Source: Stegostoma tigrinum | Lineage: Eukaryota | NCBI RefSeq assembly: GCF_030684315.1 | Contig: NC_081366.1 | Span: 23,317,410 to 23,381,409 of the forward strand | Direction of reading: 5' to 3' | Length of the DNA stretch: 64,000 nt | Shown: positions 1-13,105 of the stretch, in pieces | Numbering within the stretch: position 1 is the stretch's first letter | Layout: every line of letters begins with the position of its first letter | Translations under genes and position numbers: made by a program | The notes under the pieces: generated by a model | Database searches by the model: none | Seen by the model: only the letters and a program-made list of their open reading frames with translations | Told to the model about the DNA's origin: nothing

Positions 1-460
1 AGGTTGCTAAAGAGGTCAGCAAGTTGCGGAGTGGGACCTCACTCCAGAAAATGTTCAATTATCTAATCAGGGCAGGAAAAATGAGTGACAAGACACAGTT
101 GATTACAAACTCCCTCAATGCCTTGCATATTTCCTCTTCCACTTCTTGCTGTATGGGTGCACCCATCTTTCTCTCTCTGCTGAAGTACTAAACATTCCCA
201 TCTGACACAGTCCCTTTATAAGGAAGCATTTATTTGTCCTCCAGTAAAGGCAACAAAAGTTCATGAGAATGGTCCCAAGGATAGGAGGATTGGTTCCTGT
301 GGTGAGGTATTATTCTAGTAAGAGAACTTGAGTAATCTTGGCTTGCATTCTCTGGGGTTCAGAAGAATGAGAGATTAATTACTCATTTTCTTGGTCTTAG
401 ACCAGCAGATGGTTAAGAAGGAAGTTGCTGCTATAATTATAAAAGCAAAATACATGGAAC

Positions 461-575
461 TATTGTAGTGCAGTGGCAATATCCCCACCGCTGAGCCAGC
501 AGACCTGGGTTCAAGTTCCATCTGCTGCAGTGGGTGTAAAAACATCTCTGAACAGGTTGATTCGAAAATATCTAA
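461..575 (+). mobile_element. Short tRNA-derived SINE
   Basis: A-box-like tagtgcagtgg and B-box-like gggttcaagttcc, followed by a non-tRNA tail. Confidence 0.5.
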
Positions 576-587
576 AAGCAAAATATG

Positions 588-745
588 GTGGATGCTGGAA
601 ATTCAAAAGAAAAGCTAACAGCGATGGAGAAACTCAGCAGGCCTGGTAGGATCTGTAAAGGGAGGGAGAGCAGAGTTAGTGTTCCTCCACAGATGCTGCC
701 AGAGGTGCGGAGTTTCTCCAGTTCTTTCCGTTTTTATTGTTGATG
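588..745. repeat. Old fold-back repeat (family C, probably Penelope-terminus derived)
   Basis: ggagaaactcagcaggcctggtaggatctgt ... acagatgctgccagaggtgcggagtttctcc form inverted arms; related copies at about 3026-3145, 26605-26840, 27597-27790 and 45885-46050. Confidence 0.55.
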
Positions 746-1121
746 TTGCCACTGTTCCTCCTGTTCCCCATCTGTGGTCCAAGGGACCACTGCATAATGG
801 AGTCCTATGAAATAAGAGGCTAGAAACTCCTAGAAGTGACCTGCAGTGTTGGAAATCGACGGAAAGCACACTTATGCTTACAGCAAAAGACCTTGAGCAA
901 AGGTCTTTTACTTGGTCAAGGAGCCAATACCAGACCTCAGTATTTAAAATAAATCCAGTCCATTTGGCTGCCCAGGCCCATTAAGTCCCACTGTCCTTTC
1001 ATTTTAACTTCACTGTCCAGTTCCAAGAACCCAGGATTTAGCTAAAGGTCTAAATCCAGGGTTAAAGTAGTAGCCAAAGAGCAATTTAAATAATTAAATA
1101 ACAGAGTTGCTCATGCTAAAG

Positions 1122-1579
1122 GGATTCACCGTCCCCCCCCCTCTACAAGGCCGATGCTAACCAGACCAGCTCTTCCCCCCCACCCACTGCATCCCAAAAC
1201 CAGTCCAACCTGTCTCTGCCTCCCTAACCGGTTCTTCCTCTCACCCATCCCTTCCTCCCACCCCAAGCCGCACCCCCAGCTACCTACTAACCTCATCCCA
1301 CCTCCTTGACCTGTCGGTCTTCCCTGGACTGACCTATCCCCTCCTACCTCCCCACCTACACTCTCTCCACCTATCTTCTTTACTCTCCATCTTCGGTCCG
1401 CCTCCCCCTCTCTCCCTATTTATTCCAGTTCCCTCCCCCCATCCCCCTCTCTGATGAAGGGTCTCGGCCCGAAACGTCAGCTTTTGTGCTCCTGAGATGC
1501 TGCTTGGCCTGCTGTGTTCATCCAGCCTCACATTTTATTATCTTGGAATCTCCAGCATCTGCAGTTCCCATTATCTCCG
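1122..1579 (+). mobile_element. Penelope-like element 3' fragment (family A) with hammerhead motif
   Basis: Near-identical to 60355-60738 and 48510-48867; flanked by atgctaaag at 1113-1121 and 1580-1588. Confidence 0.85.
1451..1478 (+). ncRNA. Minimal type I hammerhead ribozyme motif
   Basis: CTGATGA-A-GGG(tctcgg)CCC-GAAAC-GTC: intact core with palindromic ACGT stem III. Confidence 0.75.
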
Positions 1580-1589
1580 ATGCTAAAGA

Positions 1590-2060
1590 TTTGCAGGTTT
1601 CCCTTCCCAGGCGCTCCAAACCAACCCGCTGAGAAATCTAATCAGCGTCTCAGACTGAACTATCCACTCTGTGCCTTTCCCACTCCGGATGCACGTGTTA
1701 CGACAAGCTTGAGATAGATTCGTGCTTGCGTGTTTTTTTTAATCCAAGCCCCCATGAAGAAAAAGTTCCTGCCTCATTAGTAAAGCCAAAAGTGAGAAAA
1801 TCACGATGCGGGCAGTTCAGTCCCCTATCTGTGCCTTAACCTTCTTTGCATGCCTGTCAGACTCTCAGCAGCAGCACCAACAGTCCACACTCAGCGTCTT
1901 TTTCTTTTCTCTCTCCCGGTACTTATTTTCCAGAGGGTCGACAGAATTGCAGCGGCAGGAAACGGCAAGGAGGAGGATTGAAAGAAATAGCTTCTGCCTT
2001 GAGGGACGGGAAATATTGTGCGCCATCACCCTATGTCGCTGGGCTGGGATATATGTCTGT
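1590..2060. promoter_or_regulatory. Second CpG-enriched unique patch, possible enhancer or alternative promoter
   Basis: Multiple CpGs, E-box CACGTG at 1692-1697, pyrimidine tract ending ttttccag at 1933. Confidence 0.3.
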
Positions 2061-3732
2061 CAACCTGTGCATTTTACAAAATGGAGCTAGGCTTGATAGC
2101 CCAAGGCAGGACATGGTACTGTTGAATGGGATGAAATGACAGACCTGTCAACGTACAGAGACAAACACTGAAACAAGTCTTTTTTAAACATGAAAGACTC
2201 GTGTTGTTTGGTAGGAAAAATATCCCTTGAACAAAAAAAGGCAAGCTGTGGTTCCATCTATCTGGTTTCACATGCTGGGTGATGTTACAAACTTTGGTTT
2301 CATTGGCCTTGGTGATATCAAGAAAATATATCTTTTTAAGTTGTATCTAGTTTTGAGCTTTAGGTGTTTAGGCCTTTGATTCTGGGTAGAGTTTCCCATC
2401 ATTCACAAAGATCTAATATAAATTTTCCCTGATCCAAAGCAAGTTTCCTTACAAAAACAACTATTATTCTTTCTCCTTTCAGAATGTTTATGTAAATATG
2501 TTTATAAATTCTTCAGTGACCTTAAATTTCCAGAAATTTCTATCTTTACTAGTTGTAGTGTTAGATGTCAGTGTTAGAGGCGCTTCTTTTCATAAAGAAA
2601 AACTGCTTCTACAGAAGGATTTTCTATTTTAAATTTTAATTAAAGTTCTTCCTTTGGGCACAAAGAAGTAGAAACAGTATTTACTGGATCATTTCATGAC
2701 TTAATCAGATCATGGATGATACTTCATCTCAATTCCAGTCTCCTGCCTGGTTCCCATGTCCCTTGATTGTTTTAGAGTACAAATTCCTTCTCTTCAATGT
2801 ATTTTATGACTGAACATTCATAGGTCTCTGGGGTAGAGAAAACCAAAGATTCACAGCCCTAAGTGAAAAGATTTCTGATCCATTCCCAAATGACTGTCTT
2901 GAAAACCCAAGGGAAAATCTTTCGCCTGTCTCAATGATGATTTCCTGATCTGAGCCATGCAAACGTAGAATACTGATTACTCTACAAATGCATATATCAC
3001 ATATATAGGATAAAACAAGGAACTGTGAATCCTGGACATCTGCAACAAACAAATATGGGGATTGCTGGAGAAACTCAGAAGGTCCGGCAGCATCTGTGAA
3101 AGAAAGTTAATGTCTCTAATCAGGTGAACCTTCTTCACAAGACTTAACTCTGTCTTCTCTTTGGTTTTGATTGTGAATAATGAATGTTCACATTTTGGTC
3201 TTGTGAATTGGAGATTTGAGCACAATCCAGGCCGACACACTATTATATTACTGTTTTGTTGGAGGCAAGGTCTTTTAGATGAGATGTTAGGAGGCTGGGT
3301 TTATGTAGATGTGAAAGATCCCAAGTCATTATTTGAAGAAATGCAGCTGACTTGCCTTGGTGTTCTGACTAATTGTTAGCCCTTAACCAGCATCACTAAT
3401 CTAGATTACCTGGGCATAACACTTTAAAACCTTGCTTTGTGGGAGAATGGTGTGTGCCAGTTCAACCTGCTGCATTCTTTCCATTACATGTTTACAGATG
3501 TCTTGAGGTTATGAAAAATGTTGGTAATTCAAAGCCCTCCTTCTTTAAAGTAACCACCATTAAAAAGTAACACTCAAAAAACGAAATGACTAGGACTTAT
3601 GATTTCTGAATAAGGGGTGAGTCATTTAGGCCTCAGTTGAGAAGCAGATGGCTGAAGATACTCATTGAAAACAGAGACCAGCAAGTTTTTAACAGAGAAG
3701 GCGATAGCCTATCAATCCAGAGATGCTGCCAC

Positions 3733-3990
3733 AGGTAATGTCTGGGGACCTGGGTTTGAATCCCATCATGGTAGATTGTGGAATCTGAATTCAATAAGCC
3801 ACCTGGAAATAAAAGTCTGATGATGACCATCTGGCTCACAAATGTCCTTGAGGGATGGAGACTATGGTCAATACCTGGCTTGGCCAGTCCCACAGCGGTA
3901 TGGTTGAGTCTTAACTGCTTTTTAGGCAATTAAAGAAGAGCACTGGCCACGCCAGTGACATCCATATCCTTGAGAATGAGTCAAAAAAAA
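3733..3990 (+). mobile_element. tRNA-headed SINE family (other copies about 5520-5780, 20740-21020, 25060-25520, 30485-30805)
   Basis: gggtttgaatccc B box, shared core gaattcaataa..atgaccat..ggaaggaaatctg, tail like the 23530-23600 LINE end. Confidence 0.6.
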
Positions 3991-4049
3991 TGCTGGGGAT
4001 AAAAAAGGGACAGTGATCCCACTGAATAACAGAGCTGCGGGCCTAGTCT

Positions 4050-4900
4050 TGCTCCCACTTCATGTGTTAAAGGGGCAGGTTTCTTTCTTGAATGTGGAAT
4101 ACTAGTGGATGTGAGGTATTCAGGTTTTCGAGAAAGAGAAAATATTTGTTCATTTTTTTTATAACCTTAAAAAAATGTTCGACAGATGGGCGTCACGGAA
4201 AGAGTTATCAAGTTACCTTTGCACCGGACACCTGTAATGGTGAGACAACAACACGCAGTAAAGCGGCATCATTTGTTTATGTCTGGGCACTTGGTCTGTT
4301 TCTGAGGAGCTTGCTCCCTCTCCAGAAGGTATTTCTTTTCTCTCTTTGTTTGATTTTGGGGCAGCCGCATAAACGTGTCGAGTTCTGTAATGTTTCCCCT
4401 ATCAATGTGTTGGGATGGACGGAGAGAACACTCAACACTTTGAACGAACTCTGATTTTAACTTTGTCTTGCTGGGTGAATCATTAACCCACGTCGCTGTT
4501 GTATGAACCAGGAATCTCTTCCGCTCCCACTGCCGAATTGGCAGGGATCTTATCCCCTATCTCCCCTCTTGTCGTTTTGGGAATTGCTGAGCCGCTGGTC
4601 GCCGTAAGTAAAAGCAAAACTCTTGTTAAATGCTGCAAATGTAAACATAGCAACTCCGTATTACGCCCCGGATCAGGGTGGGTCCGTGCAATTCCACGTT
4701 ATGTGCGCTGACTCCGTTTGGAACAATTGGATCTTTTCACACTTTCAAATATTAAGTGTAATTATCGTTGGATTCACTCGGCTGGAGTGAAATGCGGGAC
4801 TAAAGGTGGTTTGCTACTTTCTGATTTTCGTCTTGTAGTCAGGCTAATCTAAACTTTCGAAAAATTGTGTTCTACGTTGCTGAGTGACAGTACGTGCCTG
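4050..4900 (+). promoter_or_regulatory. CpG-enriched unique region: candidate promoter / non-coding first exon ending at 4603
   Basis: Visible local CpG excess against a CpG-depleted background; consensus donor GCC|GTAAGT at 4604; no repeat similarity recognised. Confidence 0.5.
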
Positions 4901-4944
4901 TGTTACTTTGGACCTGTGACTATGAGACTGTGGCAATTCTATAT

Positions 4945-5135
4945 ATGGGTGTGTGTCTGTGATGGATCTGTTGGTCTGTGACTTGGCTCTGTCTCTGTGA
5001 GTAAGTGGGTTTGTGTCAGTGGTGGCTCTGTGTCTCTGTGAGTGTGTGTCGGTGGTGGCTCTGTGTCTCTGTGAGTATGTGGGTCTGTGTTGGTGGTGGC
5101 TCTGTGATTGTGGTCAATCTGTGTTCCTGACTGTG
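4945..5135 (+). repeat. TG-rich degenerate minisatellite (about 33-42 bp unit, 3-4 copies)
   Basis: Repeats of ggtggctctgtgtctctgtgagt. Confidence 0.7.
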
Positions 5136-7389
5136 TGAATTTGCACAGATGAAATTCTATGATTTGACTCTTGAACTCTGCCAGTGATTGTGTTTTGGTT
5201 AGGAAGCTCTATTTGACCCTTACTCTGCTATATAAATCATTTAGGGAAGTAAAAGTGTTTCACCTTTGTCCAACAAGAAGCATGATTGCTGTACCTTGAC
5301 TGGTTTCCTTTCACACTGATATTTCCATAATCACACAGGGACTAGAACCAACTAGTTCTGTACCATATCTGGTCATCTAAGAATTTTCATTTAATATACT
5401 GCTCTTAGACCCACAGGACATTTCTTTACAGTGAGAGGTTTTTATTGACCTAAAATTTGTGATACATTACACGATGCTGCCTGATTTGAATATTTCCCAC
5501 CTTTTCCATTTAAGTTAAACTAGGAGACCTGGATTCTTGATGCAGATACATGAATTCAGATTCTACCGGGCTGATTGGGAAAGTTAAATTCAGTTGATCA
5601 AAGAAAATCTGGAATTAAAATACTAGTATCAGTCATGGTGACCATGAAAGCAATGGATTGTTGTAAAAAACCTATCCGGTTCACTTTAGGACAGGAAGTC
5701 TGCTGTCTTCACCCTATTTGTCTTACAAATGACTCCAGACTAATTGTTATCTGGTTGACCCTTAACTGTCCTGGCAATCTGCCCTGTTATATCAAATTGA
5801 TGCAAAAAGCCCTAACAAGAATATGAGACTGGTCATAGGACATGGCAAAGGTGCATCAGCCCAGGAGAGTCATTGCTAACATCTGGGAGATTCTGCTAAA
5901 ATTGGGAATGCTTGTCAAATGACAGCCTGACACATTCATACTGACTAAAACTGAACTTTCAGCTAATGTTGCACACTATTCCATTACCAGCTGTAAATGT
6001 GTTCTGTCCCATCAATAAGACAGATCCATGGCAAGTGGAGGCACAGAGACTGAAAAGAAGAACTTACCTTGTGGCTCTTAAATATCAACTTCAGACCTTT
6101 GAAGCCCCAGATCAAACATGAACAAGGAAACTTGTTGATTTCCACCTCCCACCCTACCACAGGATGCATCAATGCTTTTCCATTTTGAACATCACTTGGA
6201 AGAAGCACTAAGGATAGAAAGGTGCAGAATGTCTATCGTTATGAATGGCTTGGTAGCACCACTGTTGACTAAGTTGGCTGAGTTTTGTTTAACTTAGTTG
6301 TTTACATAATGTGACCTTCACTGGCTAAGTCAGCACTTATTGCCAATCCCGAAATTGCTCTTGAGAAAATGCTGGTGATGTTTTTGACCTGCAGCAGTAT
6401 GTGGAGTGTAAGTAGACTCTTTGTCATTTAAGCAGGGAGTTAGTGACTTTTTTTTAAATTTCAAAAATATACTTTGTTCATAAAAATATTCGTATATACA
6501 TAGCCACTTAAGCAGTTTGGTTCTGTGCAGTAGTGTATGAAGAAATGAAACAAACTTTGGAGTTCGACTCTCTCCAACAGACAAAACCATTTCTTACTTG
6601 TTCAAGAATACACTTACACACATTTGAGGCACTGGGAGATCCAATAAGTGAATGGACCTTGTAATGTTGTAGAAATAACTAAATAGTTCTAAATCAGGAT
6701 GATGTGAGTCTGAAGGGGAGCTTGCGGGTGTTCCCATGTATCCCCTACCTTTTCCTTCTTGATGGCAGTGCTTGCAGATTCAGAAGGAAGGAACCTTGTT
6801 GTTGAAGGAACCTTGGCGAGTTTCAGAAATGATTATTGTTTGTGTTACACCATGCTGCCACCATTCGCTGGTAGCGGAGGAATTGTTAATCTCAATCCAA
6901 ACCAGTCAGTGAATCAGAAAACCAAGACCGCTTTCTTTGTGGAGAAAGTTTATTGGCTACTTGTTCTTACAACTCATTCCACACCCCCAGTGTTACAGAT
7001 GTCCCTTTTACTGAATATGGTCATACAAATTTAACAATGTGAATAATCAAGTACTAACAGAGAGTGAATGTTTAAGGTGGTGGATGAACTGCCATTCAAA
7101 CAGTAGAAGGTTACAAGGCAGACCATTTAGAGCTGAGGCGTGGATAAGTGATGCTATGGAATTCTCTGCTGCAAAATGTGGTTGAGGCCACATCATTAAA
7201 TGTTTATCAAGAAGTGGTTAGGTATAGTTCTTAGGGCTAAAAGGATCAAAGATTTTGGGGAGAAAACAAGAGCAGGGTGCTGAGTTGAATGTTCAATCGT
7301 TGTCTTGTTAAATGATGGAGCAGGCTCAAAGGGACAAATAGCCCTACTCCTGCTCCTATGTTTCAATTTTCTATGTTTCAAATGGGTAT

Positions 7390-8556
7390 TTTGCCTTGAA
7401 CAGTTTTGAGCTGCTTAATGGAGGCAGTGATCATCCGAGCAAGTGTTCTCTAACAGTTCTGACTTGAGCTTTGTATATGACAGGAGATCTTTAGGGAGGC
7501 AGGAAATGAGTTATTCCTTGCAGAATTCCCAGTCTGATTTGCTTTTATTTCTACAGCTTGGCAAGTCAAGTTAGTTTCTGCGTAATGGTAACCCCAGGAT
7601 GTTGATAGTCATGGATTCAGTGATGTTAATGCCATTCAAGATCAAAGGGAGATGATTAGGTTTATTCTTGTTATAGATGTTCATTACCTGATACTTGTGT
7701 GGTGTGGACATTACTAACCACTTATTAACCAAAACCTGAATGTTATCTATGTCTTGAAGCTTTTGGACAAGGACAACCTCAATATCTGAGAACTGTTGAA
7801 TAGTGCTGAATATTGTGTATTAATCAGTGAACAGTCCCTCCTCCAACCTATGATAGAATGAATGCCATTAATGAAGCAATGAAAATGTTTGAGCAAAGGA
7901 CACTATCCTGTGGAATTCCTGAGACTGAGAAGATTGACAACCAACAATCATAATCATCTTACTTTTGTGCTAGGTATGACTCCAATCATTAGAGAATTTC
8001 TCCCGATTCCCTTTGACTTCAGTCCTTGTTGCATTTTTGGATGTCAAGGACAGTCACTCTCACCTCTCCTCTGTAGTTTTGCTCTTTTATCCATATTCGG
8101 AACAAGGCTGTAATGAGATCACAAACTGATGACTAGAAAGAATGCATAATGAGCATTAGTGAGCAGGTTACTGTTTATGAGTGTGTGGTTTGATGCCACT
8201 TTTGATGACCCCTTTCATCACTGTTGATGTTCAAGAGTAGAATGATGGATCAGTAATTGGCCAGGTTGGATTTGTCCTTTTTGTGTGGACAGGACATACA
8301 CAGGAAATTAGGGTATATGCCTGTGCTGTAGTTTTTACGGAAATAGCTTGATTAGGGTTACAGCTCGTTCTGGACCACATGTCCAGCAGTATTGACTGGA
8401 AAGTTGTCAGTGTTGCAGTATTCAATGTCTCTCACCATTTTTTTGATAACACATGGAGTGACTGAATTGGCTGGAGACCAGCATTTATGATACTGGGGAC
8501 TTCAAGAGGAAGCCAAGTTGAATCATCTATTGATCTAATCTTCCTGAAGATGGTTG
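7390..8556 (-). mobile_element. Degenerate LINE RT fragment (same family as 22445-23600), continuing at 9445-9560 and 12419-12455
   Basis: Reverse complement matches the 22445-23150 copy, e.g. GEVRVTVLDI. Confidence 0.6.
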
Positions 8557-8559
8557 TAA

Positions 8560-9440
8560 GTAGAAACGTAAGAACTTAGAAACAGAAGCAGGACTAGGCC
8601 AATCAGCCCTTCAAACCAGCTCCACCATTCATTATGGTCATGGCTGATCATCTAACTCTGTACCCGGTTTCCACTTTTCCCCCATTTGCCTTCATCCTTT
8701 AGCTCAAAGTGTTATGTCCAACTTCTTCTTGAAATCATACAATGTTTTGGACTTGACTGCTTTCTCTGGTTGCAAATTCCACATGCTCACTACTCTCTGG
8801 GTGAAGAAATTTCTCCTCATCTCAATCCTAAATGCTTTACAACTTATCCTTAGACTGCGACTTATGGATCTGAACTCACACTATCAGGAACATCCTTTCT
8901 GCATCTACCCTGTCTAGTCCTGGTATAATTTTATATGTTTCTCTGTCATCTCCACCCACCAGCCCCCCTCATTCTTCTAAACTCTGGTGATTATATTCCT
9001 AACCAATTCAACTGTTCCTCATGCATCAATCCTGCCAGCCAAAGAAACAATCTGGTAAACCTTTGCTGCACTTCCTTCTTCTGGTAAGGAGACAAAAACT
9101 GCACACAATATGTCAGGTGTGGTCTCACCAAGGTCCTTTATAATTGCTCATCTCTGCTCATGTATTTGAATCCTTGCCCTATGAAGGCCAACCTATTCAT
9201 TATTTGCCTTCATTACCTCATGCTGCACTTGCATGCTTACATTCAGCAACTGGTGTGTTTGAGGAGAATCAAGTCTCATTGTAGATTCCTCTCTCTCTCA
9301 ATTTATAACCATTCAGATAATAAGCTTCCTGCCTCTTTTTGCTACCAAAGTGGGTAACCTCACATTTATCCCAGTTATAATGCGTCTGCCATGCACTTAC
9401 CTGCTCATTCAGCTTGTGCAAATCACACTGAAGCATCTCC
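8560..9440 (-). mobile_element. CR1-type LINE 3' fragment
   Basis: Reverse complement contains the EYCVQFLSP-type CR1 C-terminal motif and a CR1 3' UTR. Confidence 0.7.
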
Positions 9441-9560
9441 ATGCCAATGTTAAAGCCTTGTCTTTTGCATTGATACGTTGGGCTCCTTCATCGTCGAGGA
9501 TGTGGATGCTTGTGGAATTTCCTCCTCTAGTTAATTGTTTAATCATGTATTATGACTGGA

Positions 9561-12418
9561 TTACGTACCGACAGGACCCGACACACTCACCTTTTCGGAG
9601 CAGCAGACTCGCAGCCCCGTATCCCAGAACTGTTGAGATGGAGGAAACTTACAAGGAAACACGAAAAATGTGCTGTCCTGAGAGTAAGGTTGAAACTACG
9701 TGGTTACAAGACTCCACTCTCTATACTCCTGGCAAATGCCCAGAGTATCAACAACAACATGGACGAACTTAGATCTAGACTTACCTAGTAAAGGGAACTG
9801 AGAGACTGTTGTGTGCTCTGTTTCACGGAGACTTGGCTCACCCCTGCCATTCTAGACTGCACCCTATAAGCTGACGGGTTCTCCATTCACTACTTGGATT
9901 GCACAGTGTCCTCGGGTAAGGCGAAGGGTGATGAGTATGCTTCCTGACCAATGCCACCTGGTGCACTGATGTAGCGACCCTGGCAGGCCATTTCTCCCTG
10001 GACTTAGAATATCTTACAGTAAAATGCCATCCCTACCAATTACCACGAGAGTTCACCTCCGCCATCCTGACTGCAGTCTACTTACCACCCCATGCAGATG
10101 TGAAGAATGTTCTAGACGAGATTTACACTGCCACAAATACTCTAGAGAGAAAATTCCCCAAGGCCAACCTCAAGCAGGTGATGCCAAAATACCATCAACA
10201 CATCTCCTGCCTCACCAATAGACCAAACATTCTGGGCCATTGCTAAAATAACCATCAAAGACACCTACCACTCAATTCCCCACTCTCACTTTGGAAAATC
10301 AGATCACGGCGCTGTGTTACTTGTCCCAGATTATAAGCAGAATCTGAAATGGGAGAATCCTTCACAAAAAGAAGTACAGTGTTGGGCCGAGTCAGTGGAA
10401 GACTGTCTCCGGGACTGCTTGGAATTGGTGGACTAGACTACGTTCAAGTGTTCAGCGGAAACCCTAGATGAGTATGCCACCACAGTCGTGGGCTTCATTA
10501 GCAAATGTGTGAAGGACTGCCTACAAAGGAAGTCAGTCCCAGTGCTCCCCAAACCACAAGCCTTGGGTCAGCCAGGAAATCCACTCCCTACTGAAGACCA
10601 GACATGCAATATTCAAGCCAGGTGGCCCTGGACCAAAATGGAAAATCCAGACCTGACCTCCACAAAGCCATCAGGGATGTTAAGAGGCAGTACCGGACCA
10701 AGTTAGAGGCCCAAACCTACCAAACAGATTCATGCCACCTATTGCAAGGCCTAAACAACATTACGGGAAACAGAGTAAAACGGTGTAAGATGTCAGACAA
10801 AGACACATTCCTCCCTGACGGAGTCCATGCTTTCTGTGCTACGTTTGAACAGATTGCCAATGGTGCTGCCATGCCTGACCCAACAGCCCCGGCCCACATG
10901 TTCCCTCCGTCACTGCTTCAGACACCCGATCGGTCTTCCTGGGAGTCAACCCAAGGAAAACAATGGGCCCAAATGCTGTCCTGGCTGAGCACTCGGATCC
11001 TGTGCAGACCAACTGGTAGAGATACTTATCGACATTTTCAACCTCTCCCTCCTACAAGCTGAAACCCCCACCTATTTCAAGAACAGCACCATCATCCCTG
11101 TACCTAAGAAAACACATGCAACTTGCCTTAATGACTACCGCCCAATGACTCTGACCTCAATAATCATGAAGTGCTTCGAGAGGCTGTCATGGCCCACACC
11201 AACTCCAGTCTCCCAGCTTGTCTCGATCCCGTACAATTTGCAGGTCCACAGAGGATGCTGTATCTCCAGCCCTGTACTCAAGCCTGGAACATCTGGACGT
11301 CAAACACACCTACGTCAGACTCCTGCTCATTGACGACAGCTCCGCCTTTAACACCATTATCCCCTCCAAACTGAACTCAAAACTCCATGACCCTGGTGTC
11401 AGGTCTGCTGTCTGCAGCTGGATCCTTAGCTTTCTGACCCATAGACTGCAATCAGTGAAGATTGTACCTCCTCCTCAATAACACTCAACACTGGAGCCCC
11501 CTACTGTACTTCCTGTATACCAATGACTGTGTTGCTAAATTTGGAATGAACACTATCTCCAAGTTCACTGGTGACACTACAGTGGGCCGGATATCTAACA
11601 ACGAGTCAAACTACAGAAGGGAGCTAGAAGGCTTGGTGATGTGGTGCAATGAAAACAATCTGTCTGTTGGCAAAACTAAAGAACTGATCGTTGACTTTAA
11701 AAAGAAAGGATGGAAACACGGCTCCATCTGTATCAATGGAACTGAGGTTAAGAAGGCAAAGAGCATCAAGTTCCTCGGAGTGATTATAACTGACGACCTG
11801 TCCTGGACTTCCTACGTAGATGCAACAGTCAAGAAGGCACGACAATGCCTCTTCTACATCAGGTGGCTCAGGAAATTTGGCATGTCCATAAGGCCCCTCA
11901 GCAACTTTTACAGACACACCATGTGAAAGCATACTGTCCGGGTGCATAGCAGCCTGGTATGGCAACTGCTCTGCCCAGGACTCTTCCAAAAAAAACTACA
12001 GAATGTGGTGTGCACAGCCCAGACCATCCCATAGGCTTGATTCACTGCTGTGGAAAGGCTGCCAACATCACGAAAGACCCAACACGTCCCAGTAATGGCG
12101 TCCTACAACCTCTTCTGTCAGGCAGATGATACCGAGGCCTGAACACATGCATGAGCAGGTTCAGGAATAGCTTCCTCAGGGCCATTACCAGACTGTTGAA
12201 TGGACTCTCTCTAGCCTCTAAAAACACTGATCTTGTTCATGTTGATCTCACCGAGCACACACCCTATGCTCGTCCTGTGTAATATAACCTGTATGCCTCT
12301 CTAAGTGTTTTTGATCTGTACCTCCTTTGCTTATTATGATCTGCCTGTACCACTCATAAACAACAAACCGTTTCACTGTAGTTTGGTACATGTGACAATA
12401 AATAAATTAATCAATCAG
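9561..12418 (+). mobile_element. Rex1/Babar-type LINE, near full-length but frameshifted ORF (AP endonuclease + RT)
   Basis: Fragments [82 protein letters not shown]; tail aataaataaattaatcaatca. Confidence 0.85.
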
Positions 12419-12769
12419 TCCGGCAGGACTGTACAGCTTAGATCTGATTTTGTACGCAGTCACGGAATTTTAGAGTATGGAAAAAGTGCCTTTGGCCCAT
12501 CATGTCCATCAAGAATCTTTTTATATTCTAGTCCCGTTTTCTAGTACTTGGCCTTGTATGCTATGGCACTTCAAATGATCATCCATGTACTTCTAAAATG
12601 TTGTGATAGTTCCTGCCTCTACCACCCTTTCAGGCAGTGAGTTCCAGGTATCCACCATCCTCTGGGGAAAACATTTTTCCTAAAATTCCCTCTAAACATC
12701 CTGTCCTTTACCTTAAATACACGGTCTATGTTACTGATCCCTCTACTAAAACAAAAGGTTTCTTCCTGG

Positions 12770-12995
12770 ATGTGAGATTGCTCGCTGAGCTGGAAGGTTA
12801 GTTTTCAGACGTTTCATCATCATTCTAGGTAACATCATCAGTGAGCCTCCGACGAAGCGCTGGTGTTATGTCCTGCTTTCTATTTATCTGGTTAGATTTC
12901 CTTGGATTGGTGATGTCATTTCCTGCGTTGGTGATGTCATTCCCTGTTCTTTTTCTCAGAGGATGGTAGATTGGCTCCAAATCAATGTGTTTGTT
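12770..12995 (-). mobile_element. Penelope-like element 3' fragment (family B) with a different hammerhead
   Basis: Minus strand reads NKHIDLEPIYHPLRKR..., resembling the C-terminal tail of PLE GIY-YIG ORFs, then caCTGATGA-tgttacctagaatgatgat-GAAAC-GTC-tg at 12806-12843. Confidence 0.7.
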
Positions 12996-13007
12996 CAGAA
13001 AAGGCTA

Positions 13008-13105
13008 TTTCTGAAGAAGGGTCTAGGCCCGAAACATCAGCTTTCCTGCTCCTCTGATGCTGCCTGGCCTACTGTGTTCATCCAGCTCTACACCTTGTTA
13101 TCTCC
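13008..13105 (+). mobile_element. Penelope family A terminal fragment with CTGAAGA..GAAACATC hammerhead variant
   Basis: ctgaagaagggtctaggcccgaaacatcagc at 13011-13041 followed by the family tail. Confidence 0.75.

Noticed and set aside
1806-2139. ORFs in the upstream CpG patch as coding exons (e.g. a PDZ exon)
   Set aside because: No recognisable domain or convincing donor, and the first coding exon has stops in all frames before its ATG.
4092-4711. 120-aa and 70-aa ORFs in the CpG-rich region
   Set aside because: No recognisable homology; more consistent with promoter or 5' UTR sequence.
9350-12227. LINE ORFs as an active element or host gene
   Set aside because: Many frameshifts and stops, and the RT catalytic motif has decayed (KFTGDT).
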